Position numbers and translations under genes: made by a program. Of a stretch of 64,000 nt of DNA, positions 24,766 through 38,779 are shown piece after piece; the first letter of the stretch is position 1; each line of letters starts with the position of its first letter. The notes under the pieces are model-generated. The model worked only from the letters and a program-made list of their open reading frames with translations, made no database searches and was not told the DNA's origin. This DNA is from Podarcis pityusensis (lineage: Eukaryota): the NCBI GenBank assembly GCA_964106645.2, contig OZ067046.1. One strand, given 5' to 3'.

Positions 24766-27700
24766 CACTGCCCATCTGGCTGGGTTTAATCAAACATTAA
24801 AAACTTCCCTAAACATATATTACTCTGCTTTCCTTTGGACCACAACAGCAAGTCTGATGGGGCAGGGCATTGTCTTGTCATCTGATCAGCCCAGGACCTC
24901 CATACACACAGTCCAGGCTTGTGCCCTGAGGAGGTCACTTTGGTGCTGCTAATGCAGTGGTTTGACTTGATCCCCATAGGTGCACTCTGTTGTTTCTCAG
25001 TGCATACGAGAGCCAACAGGAGAATCTTGGTAATGTGAGGTTTGCTGCCTGGACAAGGTTGTGTGGAAGGGACAGTTTCAATCAGCCAGCACCTCTAACT
25101 GATTGCTGTATCCAAATCTGTCCACATTCTGATAGCAGTTGCCCTTTGCAAATGCGAACCGTTCCCTGTGGAGATGCTGAATAGGTGTGGAAATGCCACC
25201 TCACCCGTAAACAGGTTGTATCATGTATGCAAATAGCAGGATTATTGCTACAGTCATTGCCTTGAGAAAGATGAGCTATGCCAATCATTCAGTGGTTCCT
25301 AGTGCCTAATGAAACGCAACCATTTTTATAGCTTGTGCTCGGTTGTTAGCCTTCACTGTTTTAAATTCTGTGCTTTTCTTCTGAGTGGAGCAAGAGGTTA
25401 AATACTGCAAATTGTAGAAGGGCCCGGAGATGTGAAGGCTTGGTTGAATAACAACGCCTGTTAAACGGAACTTACTAATAAATTGCTTTGGCTTCTTAGG
25501 CATGTAGATAGGAAACACATTTGTGTTTGCTAGGAATGGAGGTGGTATGTGGAGGAGGTGTGAGAAATTAAAATGCAGGACAAACATTATTCACTTGTCC
25601 TCTCATTCACTGTTCTCTCTCTGGTGCTGAAATCTGTGTGATATACAAATATTATGTTTACCCATGATAATGTAAGAGATGAATAAATAAAATGGCTGCA
25701 TTCAAAAAACAAATTATAAATGTGTGCTATTATGATCAGGGAGAGAAAGAGGGGATATGTATTATAGAGACCCCCAGGAAACAAATATATGATTATGTAC
25801 ACTATTATCGCTGCAGGGGGAATCACTTTCAATGAGAGCTAAGATACCCAGGGTCAGGTGTGGGGAAGTTTAACCCTTCCCTCCAGGCTGCAATTGTTTT
25901 CATTTTCCCCGTAGAATTCAATGGGAACAATTGAGAACTGAACCCATCTCTATCTGCACAGCCTTCCTCTTCCTCTTCATAATTCTGCCCTTGGGCTTGT
26001 TTGTGAGGCACATTAAATTTGTGGTACAGAAACAACAAACAGTCCTGTGGTACCTTCAAGACTGAATAGAGACAATGCTTTTCTATCCTACTACAGGCGC
26101 TGATGAGCTTCACAGTGCTAAGATTATTGTTTTATGACAAGTTAGTTCTGCTGTAAGGGCCACAGTGCTTATTTTGCACACATTTAAACTCAGCTTAATT
26201 GCTGCAGACTGTACTTTTTACATTTCATTTCCATTTAACTTTTGGAACCAATAGCTCTCCAAATGTTGCTGAACTCCAACTGCCCCCATCTCCATCCAGT
26301 ATGTCCAATGCTCAGAGATTATGGGAGCTATAATACAGGTTTTCCACGTTTGCTTTACACTCATGTATGTATATACCTACCAATTAAGGATTACATTTCC
26401 TGCTTCTGGTGAACTCTAGTCCATGAAATTTGTTGATCTTTCAGGTGCCACAAGAATCTGGTTGTTGTTTTTTAAGGGGAGGTAGATGGGTCACTGCAGT
26501 AGACAAATGAAGCTACCCTCTCAAAATAGTTAAGGTGCAAAAAAATTGGTTTTTACTCTCACTGGAGCGGCATATATAAAGATGGAACCTGGGAATGGCA
26601 TAACAAAACCATACATAAATTTAATTTAGCTTCTGTTCCCCTTGGGAGGTAGAGACTAGTAGGTTTAACTTTGTGACCTTTTTGTTCATGCTGAGTAAAT
26701 TATATCAGAAATAGATCTCTTTTGTCTTAACCCATGTAGAATAAAATAGTTGTGATAGCATATACTGTGATTTATGGACTGTATTGGCTATGTTGAGCCT
26801 TTGTGAAAAGACTCCACGTGACCCCTTGTTTGGAAACAGAAACTCATTACTTAGGAAAATACCATTTCAAGGATGATGACGGGCTGTGGTCAGGACTTAA
26901 TTTGGAAAGAACTATTTACACACCTCCAATGTCTACTGATGATGTTGTCTCCCACACAGTGGTATATGTGAATTTCTATATTTTATATTATTGTTTGCCA
27001 CCCTAATGGGCAATTTCTGCAGAGAGATCACATAGCACAAGTGATCATAGTGGGCCCTTCTATATCCAGAGTGCTTATTTTGCACAGAGCTTCCTCCTCC
27101 TCGTTATAGCTCTCTGTTCATTTGTGCCTACAAACTGGTTGCCCGGTGACTAATGAATCACATTTAATCTTCTCCCTACTGTTGCAATCCTTTATTTAAA
27201 ATGTTTTCAAGTGAAACTACTTTTGCAAGCAAAGCAAATTATCAAATTGCATACATGTTTGGAAATTTGTGTTATTCATTCCTGTTGAAGAATTGAGATT
27301 GTCAGGCTTTAAAATCAGGTGCTTCGCTTCTCCTTTTGTCAGAAAGGTAGGACACTCAAATTCTAATCTAACCATAATATATACTAGTTGAAGACTCCTG
27401 TTGGAGAGCAAATGCCCACATTGGACACACCTGATGTGAAAGCAGTTTTTCAATCACAGTACAGTGTCATAACTGGAGATTTTAATGGCATCTTATGTAA
27501 AGCTGAATAATGTGCCATAAATGTGAGAACCTAACACATGATCTCAGATTAGGAAGAAGCCAAGCAGAATATGGTCACTTCCCCATTTTCACTGAGGAAT
27601 TTATTGCTGCTTGAGGTCAGAGAGTTAAATGTAACTATATACATTAAATAGGTTGGATGGTTTTATGGTGCCATTTTGAATTGCGGATTTTAACTCAGTG

Positions 27701-28761
27701 AGTTATAGTTTATTTGTTATGTTGCAGATTGTGAATCACCACCAACAGTGGGCGTTTTCCTGTTTGAACAGTCACAAGGAAAGTGTAGAGTTGCTTTTTA
27801 ATTAAAAATAATACACTACTAAAACAGTATTAATGCATGGAATAAACCATAGCTAGGATTATAAATGTGGATAATCTTTCCTCCTCCCCAGTTTATATTT
27901 ATATCAGTAATTTAGTGAGATTTCATAGTAATAGCAATAAGCAGTAACAAAAATGAAGCTGAAGAGTTATAGGGAAAATGACTCCAAGGAATACGTACTC
28001 AGAAGCAAGCCTTACTGTATTGAATGGGATTTACCCCCAAGTAAGTGTTCGTGGGATTGCAGCCTGAGACAATGGAACAAGTTGTCATGACTAACTTTTC
28101 ATCTTGCTTTCAGTGGGACCTAGCTGCAACTTAAACCTCATATACCTGGAATGAAGTCTTGATGAATTCTGAGTAGACATGGTTAGGATTGTGCTTTTAA
28201 TCAGGCCCCAGCCCATAGAGAAGGGATGACACACTGGTTCCAACTGGGAGTGGCTTGGCCGCTGGGTTGGAACAGTACCAATAGCCTCCTGGCTGCAATA
28301 TTGCTTCCACTTCTACTCTTGGTCAGTGGCAACAGCTCTGCTGTCAATATGCCATCGCTGCAGTTCCATCCACTGAGGAAGCCACTCCCAGAGGTTCTGC
28401 TATAAGGCTCCCCATAAGCATCTGGTTGTCCACAGTGAGAGCAGGATGCTGGACCTCCATTTGGCCTGATACAGCCTGATCTCTTCTAATGTTCTTGGCA
28501 AAGTGGGAATTCAAACCTGGGTCTCTCCGGTTCTTGTCTGGTTATCTGACCAATGTGCATTGAGCAATAATCTGAATAAATATATTTGTGGTTTTATGCC
28601 ATTTCCATTTTATCTTACTTAACACAGTTAGGAAATTTACTTAACACAGTTTTGGAATGAATCGAAGTAGTTGTGGCTGTGAACTAGCTGTATTAAGAGA
28701 AAAGGAAAGTCCTGAAGATTTTAATTGACCAAGAAAAGTCACTTTTGAACGAAGTCAACTG

Positions 28762-28958
28762 AAACATAAGGAGCTGTCTTATGTCAGAGCTTTGATTCAT
28801 CTAACACACCAAAGGCAGTATCTACTCTGACAGCCAGTGGCACTTCAAGGTCTCAAGAGAATACTTTCCAGCCTTTCAACATTAATTCCTTGTCATCCAA
28901 ATATGGCAGTAATTGAATCTGAGACCTTATAGCTGCAATGCTGCTGAGCTATCGCCCT
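28762..28958 (-). mobile_element. tRNA-derived SINE, highly degenerate
   Basis: The reverse complement gives GGGCGATAGCTCAGCA...GGTCTCAGATTCAAT as head and ...GACAGCTCCTTATGTTTC as tail. Confidence 0.55.
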
Positions 28959-30193
28959 TTACAATGCAATATGCCAGCGACGGGGAACCTGTGACCCTCT
29001 AGATGGGTTCTAAATGGGATGGGAACCAGTGGCCCTCTTCTGCACTCCCCATAATTCCTGTTTGTTAAAAATTGGTCAATGATTGTTGAGAAACCTATAT
29101 GAAACCACTGTGCTTAACAAAAAACAATTCAAAGCTCTTCAGTGCTCTGAAGACAACATTTTGGACAGCCTCATTTCTTGTAGAGAGATGTTAAACCATA
29201 TTGTAAAAAAAACCAAAAACCAGAATGACCAAGCATTCTGTGGCTTTTGGGGCCCCCTGATTTAACTCAGGGGGTCTTACTGACATCCTACTTCAATGTG
29301 CAAGTGAAAGTTCCCTGAACCATCCTAATTCACTTTGCTATTTACCCTCCCCCCCATGCACAAACATGCAAATGGTGAGAAAGCTAATGCACAGCCCTAA
29401 ATGGTATCACTAGGATATAAGTACAAGTCACTTTAATTCATTCTGAGCCCCTGAATGCAGTCATTCAACCGAAGCCAGTGGATGAGCTAAATGTTAATTT
29501 TGGGACTTGAATGGTGCATACTAAATGTACACTGAAAGATGGAGATGTGCATGCATAGACATTCATCTTTTTCTGTATGCTTATCTTTAACACCATGACC
29601 ACATACACCAAATGACTTTAGCCATTATTTTATGCACATGGATATTATGTTAACTCCATATTGTTCAGTATATTCTACACTTTTTGTTCAGTGAAATAAA
29701 ATGCACAGTGATTTGTAGGATCAAGTCCCAAATTCAGAACACTATTCACAATATATATCCTTATATGAATTGCTTGCTAGCTATATTGTTATGCTGCTAT
29801 TACAGAATAATGCTCACTGCTATTTCAATGAAGACCTTTTAAATAAGAAAAAAGAAAAATATCATATGTATGTTAGAACATATTTTTCAGAATGCATTGT
29901 TAGGGCGGCTCCTTTATAATGGCCACATCTAAACTCACTTTTTCTTGGCAGTGAGATGTCTTTTTCTCTAAGATTAATAGTTAATTCATACTGCACTCAG
30001 TGACCTGCTGAGATTTTGGAGCAGTACTGAAAAATACAGACTAATTTCTGAACTGCTTTACTAGTATAGCTATATTTAATATAAATGCAAGGGAAAATAT
30101 TTTGCCTTGGTGTTTCCCTGATTTCCATGCCAAAAGAAAGAAGAAGGAAAAGAATATATGGATCCAAAATCTATGCAGCTTGGAATCCAGATA

Positions 30194-30419
30194 CAGTGGT
30201 ACCTCGGGTTAAGTACTTAATTCGTTCTGGAGGTCCGTTCTTAACCTGAAACTGTTCTTAACCTGAAGCACCACTTTAGCTAATGGGGCCTCCCACTGCC
30301 ACCACGCCATCGGAGCACAATTTCTGTTGTCATCCTGAAGCAAAGTTCTTAACCCGAGGTACTATTTCTGGGTTAGCGGAGTCTGTAACCTGATGCGTAT
30401 GTAACTTGAGGTACCATTG
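30194..30419 (+). mobile_element. Tigger/pogo-type MITE, same family
   Basis: Same TIRs and TA TSD. Confidence 0.93.
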
Positions 30420-30439
30420 TATCCGAAAGTTTGTCTCAC

Positions 30440-30760
30440 CCTTTAGATACCTAGTTGTTCACTGGAGAGAACCTCCTGCAGATAACATCTTATCAAGAGG
30501 TCCATACAATGTAGGAATCAGGTCTTTGATGTTGTGGCACCTCATCTTTGGAAGTCCCTCCCCTTGAAGGATAAGCACCGTTTCTGTTGTCTTCTTGGTG
30601 CCTACTGAAGACCTTCCTCTTTCAACAAGCCGTTTAAGTGGAGATTTTTCCCAGTCTACATTGGGATCAGAATTGTTTTTTACAATGCTTTAAATATGTG
30701 TTTATTGTTGTTTGTTGCCCTGGGCTCCTTTAGGAGGAAGGGTGGGGTATAAATTTAGTG
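30440..30760 (+). mobile_element. L2 3' end
   Basis: GTGGCACCTCATCTTTGGAAGTCCCTCCCC...CTGAAGACCTTCCTCTTTCAACAAGCC...GGAGGAAGGGTGGGGTATAAAT. Confidence 0.7.
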
Positions 30761-31077
30761 ATGCTGGTGATGCTGGTTGAGGGATGTTTGTGACTCTATA
30801 AACAGACCATTTCATAGAAGCTTTATTCCTGCCAAATATCAATTTCTTTGGATGAATTAAAAACCTTCAGGGAAACATAATAATTGTATCTCTGTGGTTT
30901 AGTTCATTTTTTTATTTCTCAGTGTTCCTATTTCTTTGAGGGAAGTAATGTGTTTTAAACATGCTTTAAACATTTGGTGGGTACACAGCCTGTATCAGAA
31001 CTGAAAACTGAAGTTTAAATGGGGAAAAAAGCAAATCTCTCTTTTTTTCTATCTACCTACCTATCTATACATGCTTG

Positions 31078-31450
31078 GGGCGCATTCAGATGTGGGAAAT
31101 ATTGTGACCGATATTCTGCATGTCACGCTAAAATCAGTTCGCACCAGTGGGAATGGTGTGACACAACAACGTGTAATTGGACAACTTTCCTCACAAGTGT
31201 GCTTCTGTTCCCCCACATTTCACCATGAAAATGGCAGGAAAGAACTACTTTACTGCCTCAAATGTCGTCACTTTAGACCCATGGTTTTCTTTAATGAGAT
31301 TTTCTGGGTTAATATGTTTGTTTTCTTGGAAGTAATTAACACAAAAATGAGTGCTAAACTTCCACTACATTCTGCTAGATTTCTGGAAGTGACTGTTACA
31401 TCATGCAAAAGCTCAAATATCGTGAAGAAATTAACAGCTCGATAAACACT
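31078..31450. mobile_element. Second copy of the 2181-2695 family
   Basis: Shared GGG.GCATTC.GA start and GAAG.AATTAACA.A.AAATGAG..CTAAA...TAGATTT.T.GAAGTG block. Confidence 0.6.
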
Positions 31451-31551
31451 TGGGAAACCGAATAAACTAATCTGTATATTTAGCCTTAGCCCTATTACTT
31501 CAGTGACTCTCTCTATATTTGTCCACTTGAGGCCTGCAACAACCTTTTGCG

Positions 31552-32335
31552 TGTTGAGTCCCACAATGCCACCCCCAAAAAAATTCACACTTCACACATC
31601 AATTTTTGGTTAAGGTTTTTGGCATAATTTTGGCCACAACTTTATTCAAAATACAAAAAATGTGAGTGGTTGCTTAGGCATTGGTTATGACTATCTGTCT
31701 TTGCCCTCAGGGACAGAGCTGGCCTTCCGGACACCAACGGAAGCCAGCGTGGGAAACAAGTATTGGGTGAGAAATGAAGCTGGGAATCAGACCCTCACTT
31801 CTCGCCCTCATGTTCCTGTGGGGCTTGCACGGCCCAAGTCCGACACCACGGACAAGGACAAAAAGAATGGCAAGCCCCTGGATTCCTTTAACGGAATTCC
31901 CTTTCTGCATCATTTGGAGGGATAGGCACTTACCCCTCCAAGCACCAATTTAACCAATGCCTAACCACCAACCTTACAAGTTGTGACGATTTGCTATGCA
32001 GTAGGCAAAAACCAAATGGCACCAGCCAATCAGCCAGATGGCAAAATTCCTACCAGGCCCCCGCTCCAAGGCGGACGACCCCATGACAGGCATAGCAAGG
32101 TCAAGCGATCAAGAAAAAAACCACCCTATTAAAGGGAGGGAGGGCGGGTGATCCGGTGCAAAACGGCCAAGAGGACGTCCAACGTCTGGCCCCTGTATTT
32201 AAAGACTCTGACCCCTCCTCCAAATTGGCAACAATCAAAACTCCCCAGCAACCCAATTTTAACCACTTAAAGGCTTGGGTTCCTCACCAAAACTGCCCAG
32301 TAACGGCAGGGTGGCTTGTTCCCCCAACCGCAACA
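31552..32335 (-). mobile_element. Solo-LTR-like element (784 bp)
   Basis: The termini are TGTTG...CAACA. The minus strand has GCCAAT, then TTTAAATA, then AATAAAGTTGTGGCC in U3-R-U5 order. It is CpG-rich relative to the flanks. CGTG is repeated at both junctions (31550-31553, 32336-32339). Confidence 0.65.
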
Positions 32336-33109
32336 CGTGCTCTCTGTTAGGGAGAACACGCTTTGGCAAGGCAGATTTCAGAAGTGGCACATGCATGGGA
32401 ACAGAGTAGCAGAAACTCTGAAGGTGAGGGAAATTGTGAGGGCTTATCACCATTAGGTTCCAAAAATAAAAGGAAAATGTTGGGTGCTGCTCATTCCTAA
32501 CATTGAATTACTTTTCTTATACCTTACTTTCCATGACATTTAGCTTTACTTCCTATGACATTTCAGTCTATTAAAACTCAGGGTAAAAAGAGAAGTGCTT
32601 TCCTTGTCCCCCTCCTCCTTCTCTGTGGAAGAACTTTTGTATGTTCATGCCCTGAACCATCTGTTTTGGAACCATCTGCTTCACACTTTGCATATGAGGA
32701 TCCTCTTGGAAGCTGGCATACTTTATGCTCGTGTTCACCAATATTATAGTGCACTTCATACCTATATGTCTACTCTAGACATGTTGTTCAGTCCCTGACA
32801 TTCAGGCAATGTGACTTTGACGGTGCTGACTGCAGGCATATTCCTGAGAAACCAATGAGCGACAGGATTAATGAACTGTCTCTGCAGAAGCACTAAAACA
32901 TGAAGTTAAATTATACTACATTTCCTTCTCTCATAAACTGAAATATTTTAAGATCCTTTATCATCATGTCCCATTGTAAATGAAAATATTGTTTTGAACT
33001 CACTCTGAATGTCATAAACAGAAGCATTAATCCTGGAAAAAACATTGAACTTGGTTTGTTCAGAACAAGCACAACCCCACTTATTTCAGCATGGAGGAAT
33101 CTTTTCCCA

Positions 33110-33480
33110 AATATGTGTTATGTGGCAACCTGTTGGAACTGTTCCACCCCATCTCTCTTTTTGGATATGGTACTGAAAAAGCAGATGGACACCTTGCAAA
33201 TCTAAGTGCACTTGGATGGCATTGAATTCTGGGACTGTTCCGCTCCAGCTTTTGACCCGAATGTAGTACTGAAAGTGTTTTGATCAATACTCCATTCCAA
33301 TGGATTGACAGGAGTAATTTCACCTTGTTGGTCTCATTAGATCTCCCAACAGATTTCAGTAGTACTGTTAATAAGATGTTGGCCATATGTTTGAGGACTA
33401 GCTGTTATTCACAGGATTACTCTTAAGTAGTCCCGCTTATTCCCCAAAAGGATCTTTCAGGGACAAGTGCTGGATGATCT
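33110..33480 (+). mobile_element. Ancient L2 LINE reverse-transcriptase fragment
   Basis: Frameshifted translation gives HLDGIEFWD..SSF*PECSTESVLI...DRSNFTLLVSLDLPTDFSSTVN, similar to the L2 RT motif LDPFQSGFRP.HSTETAL...DRG..LLVLLDLSAAFDTV. Confidence 0.75.
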
Positions 33481-33660
33481 TGAATTGTTATATTTAACCT
33501 CTCTGTAGAATCTATTGACATCCATCCTAACTAAACTCCTGTTCAACATTCACTTTAGGTAAATCCAACATATTTTGACTGAGATGCAATCACCATGGTT
33601 TTAACTAAATCATGTCATCACACATTGCACCCTCTTCATGGTTCTTGTGCAGTTTTAAAC

Positions 33661-33790
33661 TATAAGAAAAGCCCTGCTGGATCAAATCAAAGTCCCAACT
33701 AACCTAACATTTTATTCTTACAGTAGCTAAACAGATGCCTATGTGAAGCCCACAAGTAGGAGATAAACACAATAGCATCTTTGGGAACTG
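33661..33790 (-). mobile_element. CR1-type 3' end / CR1-tailed SINE fragment
   Basis: ATAAGAAAAGCCCTGCTGGATCA...CAGATGCCTATGTGAAGCCCACAAG. Related pieces are at 47893-47997 (-) and 28380-28497 (+). Confidence 0.6.
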
Positions 33791-36700
33791 GATGTAGGCA
33801 AGTAAACTGAGACTGCAGTCCTATATGTAATTATCTGGGAGTGAGTCTCTTTGAGCCTAGAGGTGCTTACATCTGAACAGACATGTGTTTGATTGTGATG
33901 TGAAGAGAGAGATTGTTAAAATCTTGGTTTTTCAATGCAAATGTTCTCAGTACTGAATTCTCTAGTATTGAATCTGTTTGTATTCAGTTTTACTTTTGGA
34001 TCACTTTTTTCAAATTCTTTATGGAAGCAATGCAGAGTGCTGCATCTCTGCCAGTTTGACAGGTGGGGAATAACGCTGCTGTCAGATTTCCTGCTACCCT
34101 TCTACTAACTTAAAAAGTGTTAACTAAATTTTACTTAATAAAAAAAAACCTTGCACTTTCACAAAACTACACATTATGCAACAGCAACAGTTCCACTTAA
34201 TGAATGTTATTACCTCTAATTTTCATCTATGCCGGACCACTTTATAACCTCTCATGAAACCCTAAACATGTATTTATATTGTGAGCTATGAAATCTACTC
34301 TTAACTGCCATGGTTCCAGCAACAGAAATGTTCTGTTCACTCACTCGACATTTTTGTTCCTAGAACCATGACAAAGAGTGGATTTCAAAGGGCAAAATCA
34401 TAGAAGGTCAGGGTTCAGCTCAATTTTTTGTAGGGCACTCAAATTCAAGGCTGCTTCACACATGCATGAACATTTCTCGATTATTCAGTAGTTCATTATT
34501 TACTGTGAACTGTCTCTATTGACCAGTATTATTGTGGGCATAGACTGATGTGATGCTAAAGTTCTGTTTGTGATGTCTGCTTTGTAATTACTCATTCACA
34601 CATGTAAAATACCATGTGAGAATACATTAACGAAATGATGAGCATGTATGTGTGTACCAGTCAGAATAAGCCTGATATTTACATCAAATTGATAGGTACG
34701 CCTACTGGTTTCTGAAATTTCTCTTGCTGTTCATTTTAGCCAGTGTTTCAAAACACAAACAGTGACACCCACAAAATATAGCCACTGCACATGTTGCTCT
34801 CCCCCTCCAATGATCAGGTTTTCGTTAACTGTTTCAGTTAAGCTTTGTTCTTTTAATCTGCATCCCAATGAAATGTTGACTTCCAAAAAACTCCTGTAAA
34901 TTGCAAGGAGTTAGTTCCATTGTTGCAACAGGAATAGGAAAAATAAGACTTACTCTTTTTCTTCAGATATAAGAAGGATTGCCATTCCAACCCTTACCAT
35001 AGGCATCCATGTGACACATCAAGCCTGAAAAAAATAAGCTCTACAGTTTATGGATGATGTAACATCTTTTGCAGCTACTTTGTGATACCTCATGGCTTCA
35101 ATTATCTATTTTTGGCCTTGATGCATGACCAGACTCCACTCTCTAGATTCTAAAATATAAACTGCAAGGAAATGGAGTTGGAAGCAAGAACGAATGTCAG
35201 ATTTTCAGTAAGATTAAGCGTCTGGATGAAATTGATGAGACTGGTTCCTTGATTAATTCTGCTCTGATCTAACTTGCTTTTGCAAGTTACTGGAAGGAAG
35301 CCAGTGGTTCGGGATCTTGATCTGAAGAGTAAGCACCAGCCCATTACACCTCTATATCTTGACATAAAGGTGCTACAGGGACCTTCCTCTATCATTTCAC
35401 CTCATGCTTATTGAATGTGCTAACTTAAGTAGAGTTTTATTTTTAGGTGTCCGGTGTTCATGCAAGAAGCACTGCATGTTGAATCCGTGAGTGATCCATA
35501 AGCACATTTGTTGTGCCAACTGGCCCTCCTATGGCGTGCTAAGCCTTGTCCTTGCTAGAGCTTGAAGCAAAGGAGAGTCATTCCTCTGATCAACAAAATG
35601 ATGTGTTTTATTTATTTATTAAATTTATAACCCAACTTTTCTCCCAAAGGAGACCAGGGTGAAAAAGGAATATCAGCTCTTATGCAACTCAGTCTTATGC
35701 AACTGACCCATATACTGTTCTTCCAACTAAGGAAGGGGCAAAGTCAGCTATGGTAGCCCAAGAAGCCCAGATGGAACACGGAACATGGAACATGGTGAGG
35801 TGAGGATGAATTAGGATGGGAGACAAACCACCTAATAACTTGTATGTCTATTCTCCTTGCTTGTAGGGTAGCTACCAGCAGCTTACAGAAGATCTCTGAG
35901 AGAGTGTACCTGGGTCTCGAAGCCCCAGTGCTCCTCTCTAGCTGCTCGGGGGAAGATGTTAGCAGTGGGTGGAAAGGCACACCAATCTGAATCCCAGCCA
36001 GACTTGCAGTTGACTCAACATTGGCAAAGGGGAAGTGTCCTCCACTGCATTTGAAGGCAATGCACTAGCTTATGAGGCATCAGTAGGCCAAGTGGCAGCA
36101 CACACTGCTCTTTCCACTCTTTGTCCCTCAAAATTCCCACCTGGTGTCTGTTTGTTTCCATTTTAAAAAGGTAAAACAGAAAGAACATTCTACCTGAGAC
36201 TACTGATTCACTCTACCTAATGGTAGCTGAGCTATAGGCTGTCAGTGAGTGTATGTATCTGAATTTCAATAATTAAACACACTCCCCCCCCCCCGCAATC
36301 TTGAATATTAATTCTGATTGTGACTTCTGTTATGTCATCTCCATTAATGACTTCTGTCACTTTGTATAACAAAGTACAAATTTAGAAATGAGGGTGATGA
36401 GAAATGTTGAGAGTAAGAATGCTTATTCAGGGGCCCAGCACAGATTCTCTAATGTCCATTATTTTCCTAGACTGGGACTGTGCATTTTAGCTAATTAGCA
36501 TTTATAATGTGTCTTTCTTGAAATCATTGCCTGAAAAAGTGCTATTAATATGCAAATTATTACTTATTTCCACACTAAAAATAAACCAAGCCTAGCATAT
36601 TGTCAGAGCTACTGGAGGATATATGAAATCTACCAACTACACTAGCTTGTAAAATATCTATATTCTCAGTGTGGAATGAACATTTGATCTGGGATGGAAT

Positions 36701-38779
36701 GTTCTTATGATGGCATTCAGGATGATATATTGTTGTAACCAGGTAAGCTACTGTAAGTGAGCCTGGAAGGGAAAGCATGTGGGAAAGAAATCCATCTTGA
36801 TTGTAAAAAGCATGTGCTCTATCATGGAGCTATAGTCTCCTGCTAAGTCTGCCCACTTATCAATTGCTGTTCCCAGATGTGGGCCTAAAAAGTCTTACCC
36901 CCCAAAGTGGCAAACTGGATCTGAACCCAGCCCCTTCCCTCCCCCACCTTCCGAAGGTCAACATTGAAAGATGGATGGCCTATTAATCACCTGACACCAT
37001 TATGATAATTTCAATGGTACTATCAGTACCCAGTGGCTGATTGGTGCGGAAAGCCATTCCTTCTGAAATCTGTTTGCAAGCAGTTTGAACAGGGATGGCT
37101 CTCCATGCCCATCAGCTGATTGTCTAGGACTTGCCCCATTGTCTGATGTCAGCAAGAGATGTAGCCAGGTGTGTGAGTGTTCCATAGAAATCTACACTAC
37201 ATGATACCTTGAAGTTTTGGCATGATGTTTTATTTTTATTTTTTCATTTTATTTTTTCAATCTTTTAAGCTGCTTGGTAGGCCCTTTTGGTGGAAAAGCA
37301 ACTTTAGGTTGCAACCCTATGCACACTTACCTGTAAATAAATCCCACAGAGTTCACTGGGGCTTAACTCCATGTAGACATGGAGATAGGATTGCACTGTA
37401 AAAATACTTTTAATTTACTGTTTTAATAATAGGGACTAGATCAGTGTCCAGATCACTACACAGAATAAATTTAAAGGTCATAACAATAGGATCTGTAGCT
37501 ATGGTTAATCATGTATTGCATTTTCTGTTCCTGCTACATTCACTGATAGATGAATTCCTAATGACATTTATCTGAAACGACAAAGTTGCTGAATCAACAT
37601 CAATATGAATGAAAACAGAACTGATAGGACATACTTTTTCTTTACAGATCTATTTGTATGTTCATGCCCATAGATCAGTTTTTTCCACCCTGAGTCAGGA
37701 GCCACACCCACAAACTAATTCTAAGCCCTTTTAAGAATCACTCCTCCATCCAGCATACAGGTGAAAATATATGCTTGTCTCTACTTGGCATCATGGCCAC
37801 CTTGTGGATTAATGAATTCTGTGTCCTCTAATTCCCCCTTATTATGCACCTCTGTTGTATGTGAGTAGCCAAATGTATCGAGATTCATTTTAATGGCTGT
37901 GAGTCATTCACCTTATAGAAGAGGCAGGGCTGTCATGCTGTAAGTAAGCATAACATTAAGAGAGCTAAAAATAAACAGACAGTACCTGAAGATAACCTAA
38001 ATAGTAAAAGGACACACACACTTCTAATCATAGAAAAGCCAAACATTCCTTTAACTGATAACATAAGCAGGAATTATCTTACTGTAGGTTAAAGTAACAC
38101 AATCAAATAACTGCTGCAGAGGAGCTACTCTGGTTTTTTATTCACTGCAACAACTGAAAGCAGAATCCAATCTTCCAAATGTGTATGACGTTGAGGCTCT
38201 GCTCCACTATGCTTTATGTGGAAGAAGGTTCCACAGAGATCAACAGGACGTGCTTACAGATCAGGTATTTAGAACTGGGTCTTCGTCTCTGAGCTATATG
38301 CTACTTGCTTTATGACTTCTCTTAGTAGATTATAGCTGCACATTAAATGTGCAAATGTCTAAAATACACTTCGGACCATGCATGTTTCTTTGTGTAGAAA
38401 AGAAAACTAAGGGACAGTGCTTAGGTTAATTTTGGGGAGCTTGATTACTGTGTGTTTCCTGCTAATGTGGCACTGCTTATAGCTCGAATGATGGTTACTT
38501 CCTCCCTTCATGTTTTCAAGGTCAATCTGGAAACACATAAAATTAAGCAACAATGTCCCTTTCCCTCCCTAGCTCTCACCTGGAGAAAGGGGATAGCATA
38601 AAATGAAACAGCCATCAAGAGAGTCTTTTTACATTCCCTTGTAGTTCAGCTTTAATGCACTGGTGATATTAATAAATAGTTGCTTGCAATGGGGTTGCAA
38701 TGGGCTACAGGGAATTCCTTGGTCCAAATATTATGAGTCTTTTTTCACTTCAAGACGAGCTGGGTGCATGCTTCTGGAC

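Noticed and set aside
35146-35415. Possible exon or retroviral protease-like peptide (ILKYKLQGNG...DETGSLINSALI)
   Set aside because: There are stops in all frames, no convincing D[TS]G context and no recognisable family.
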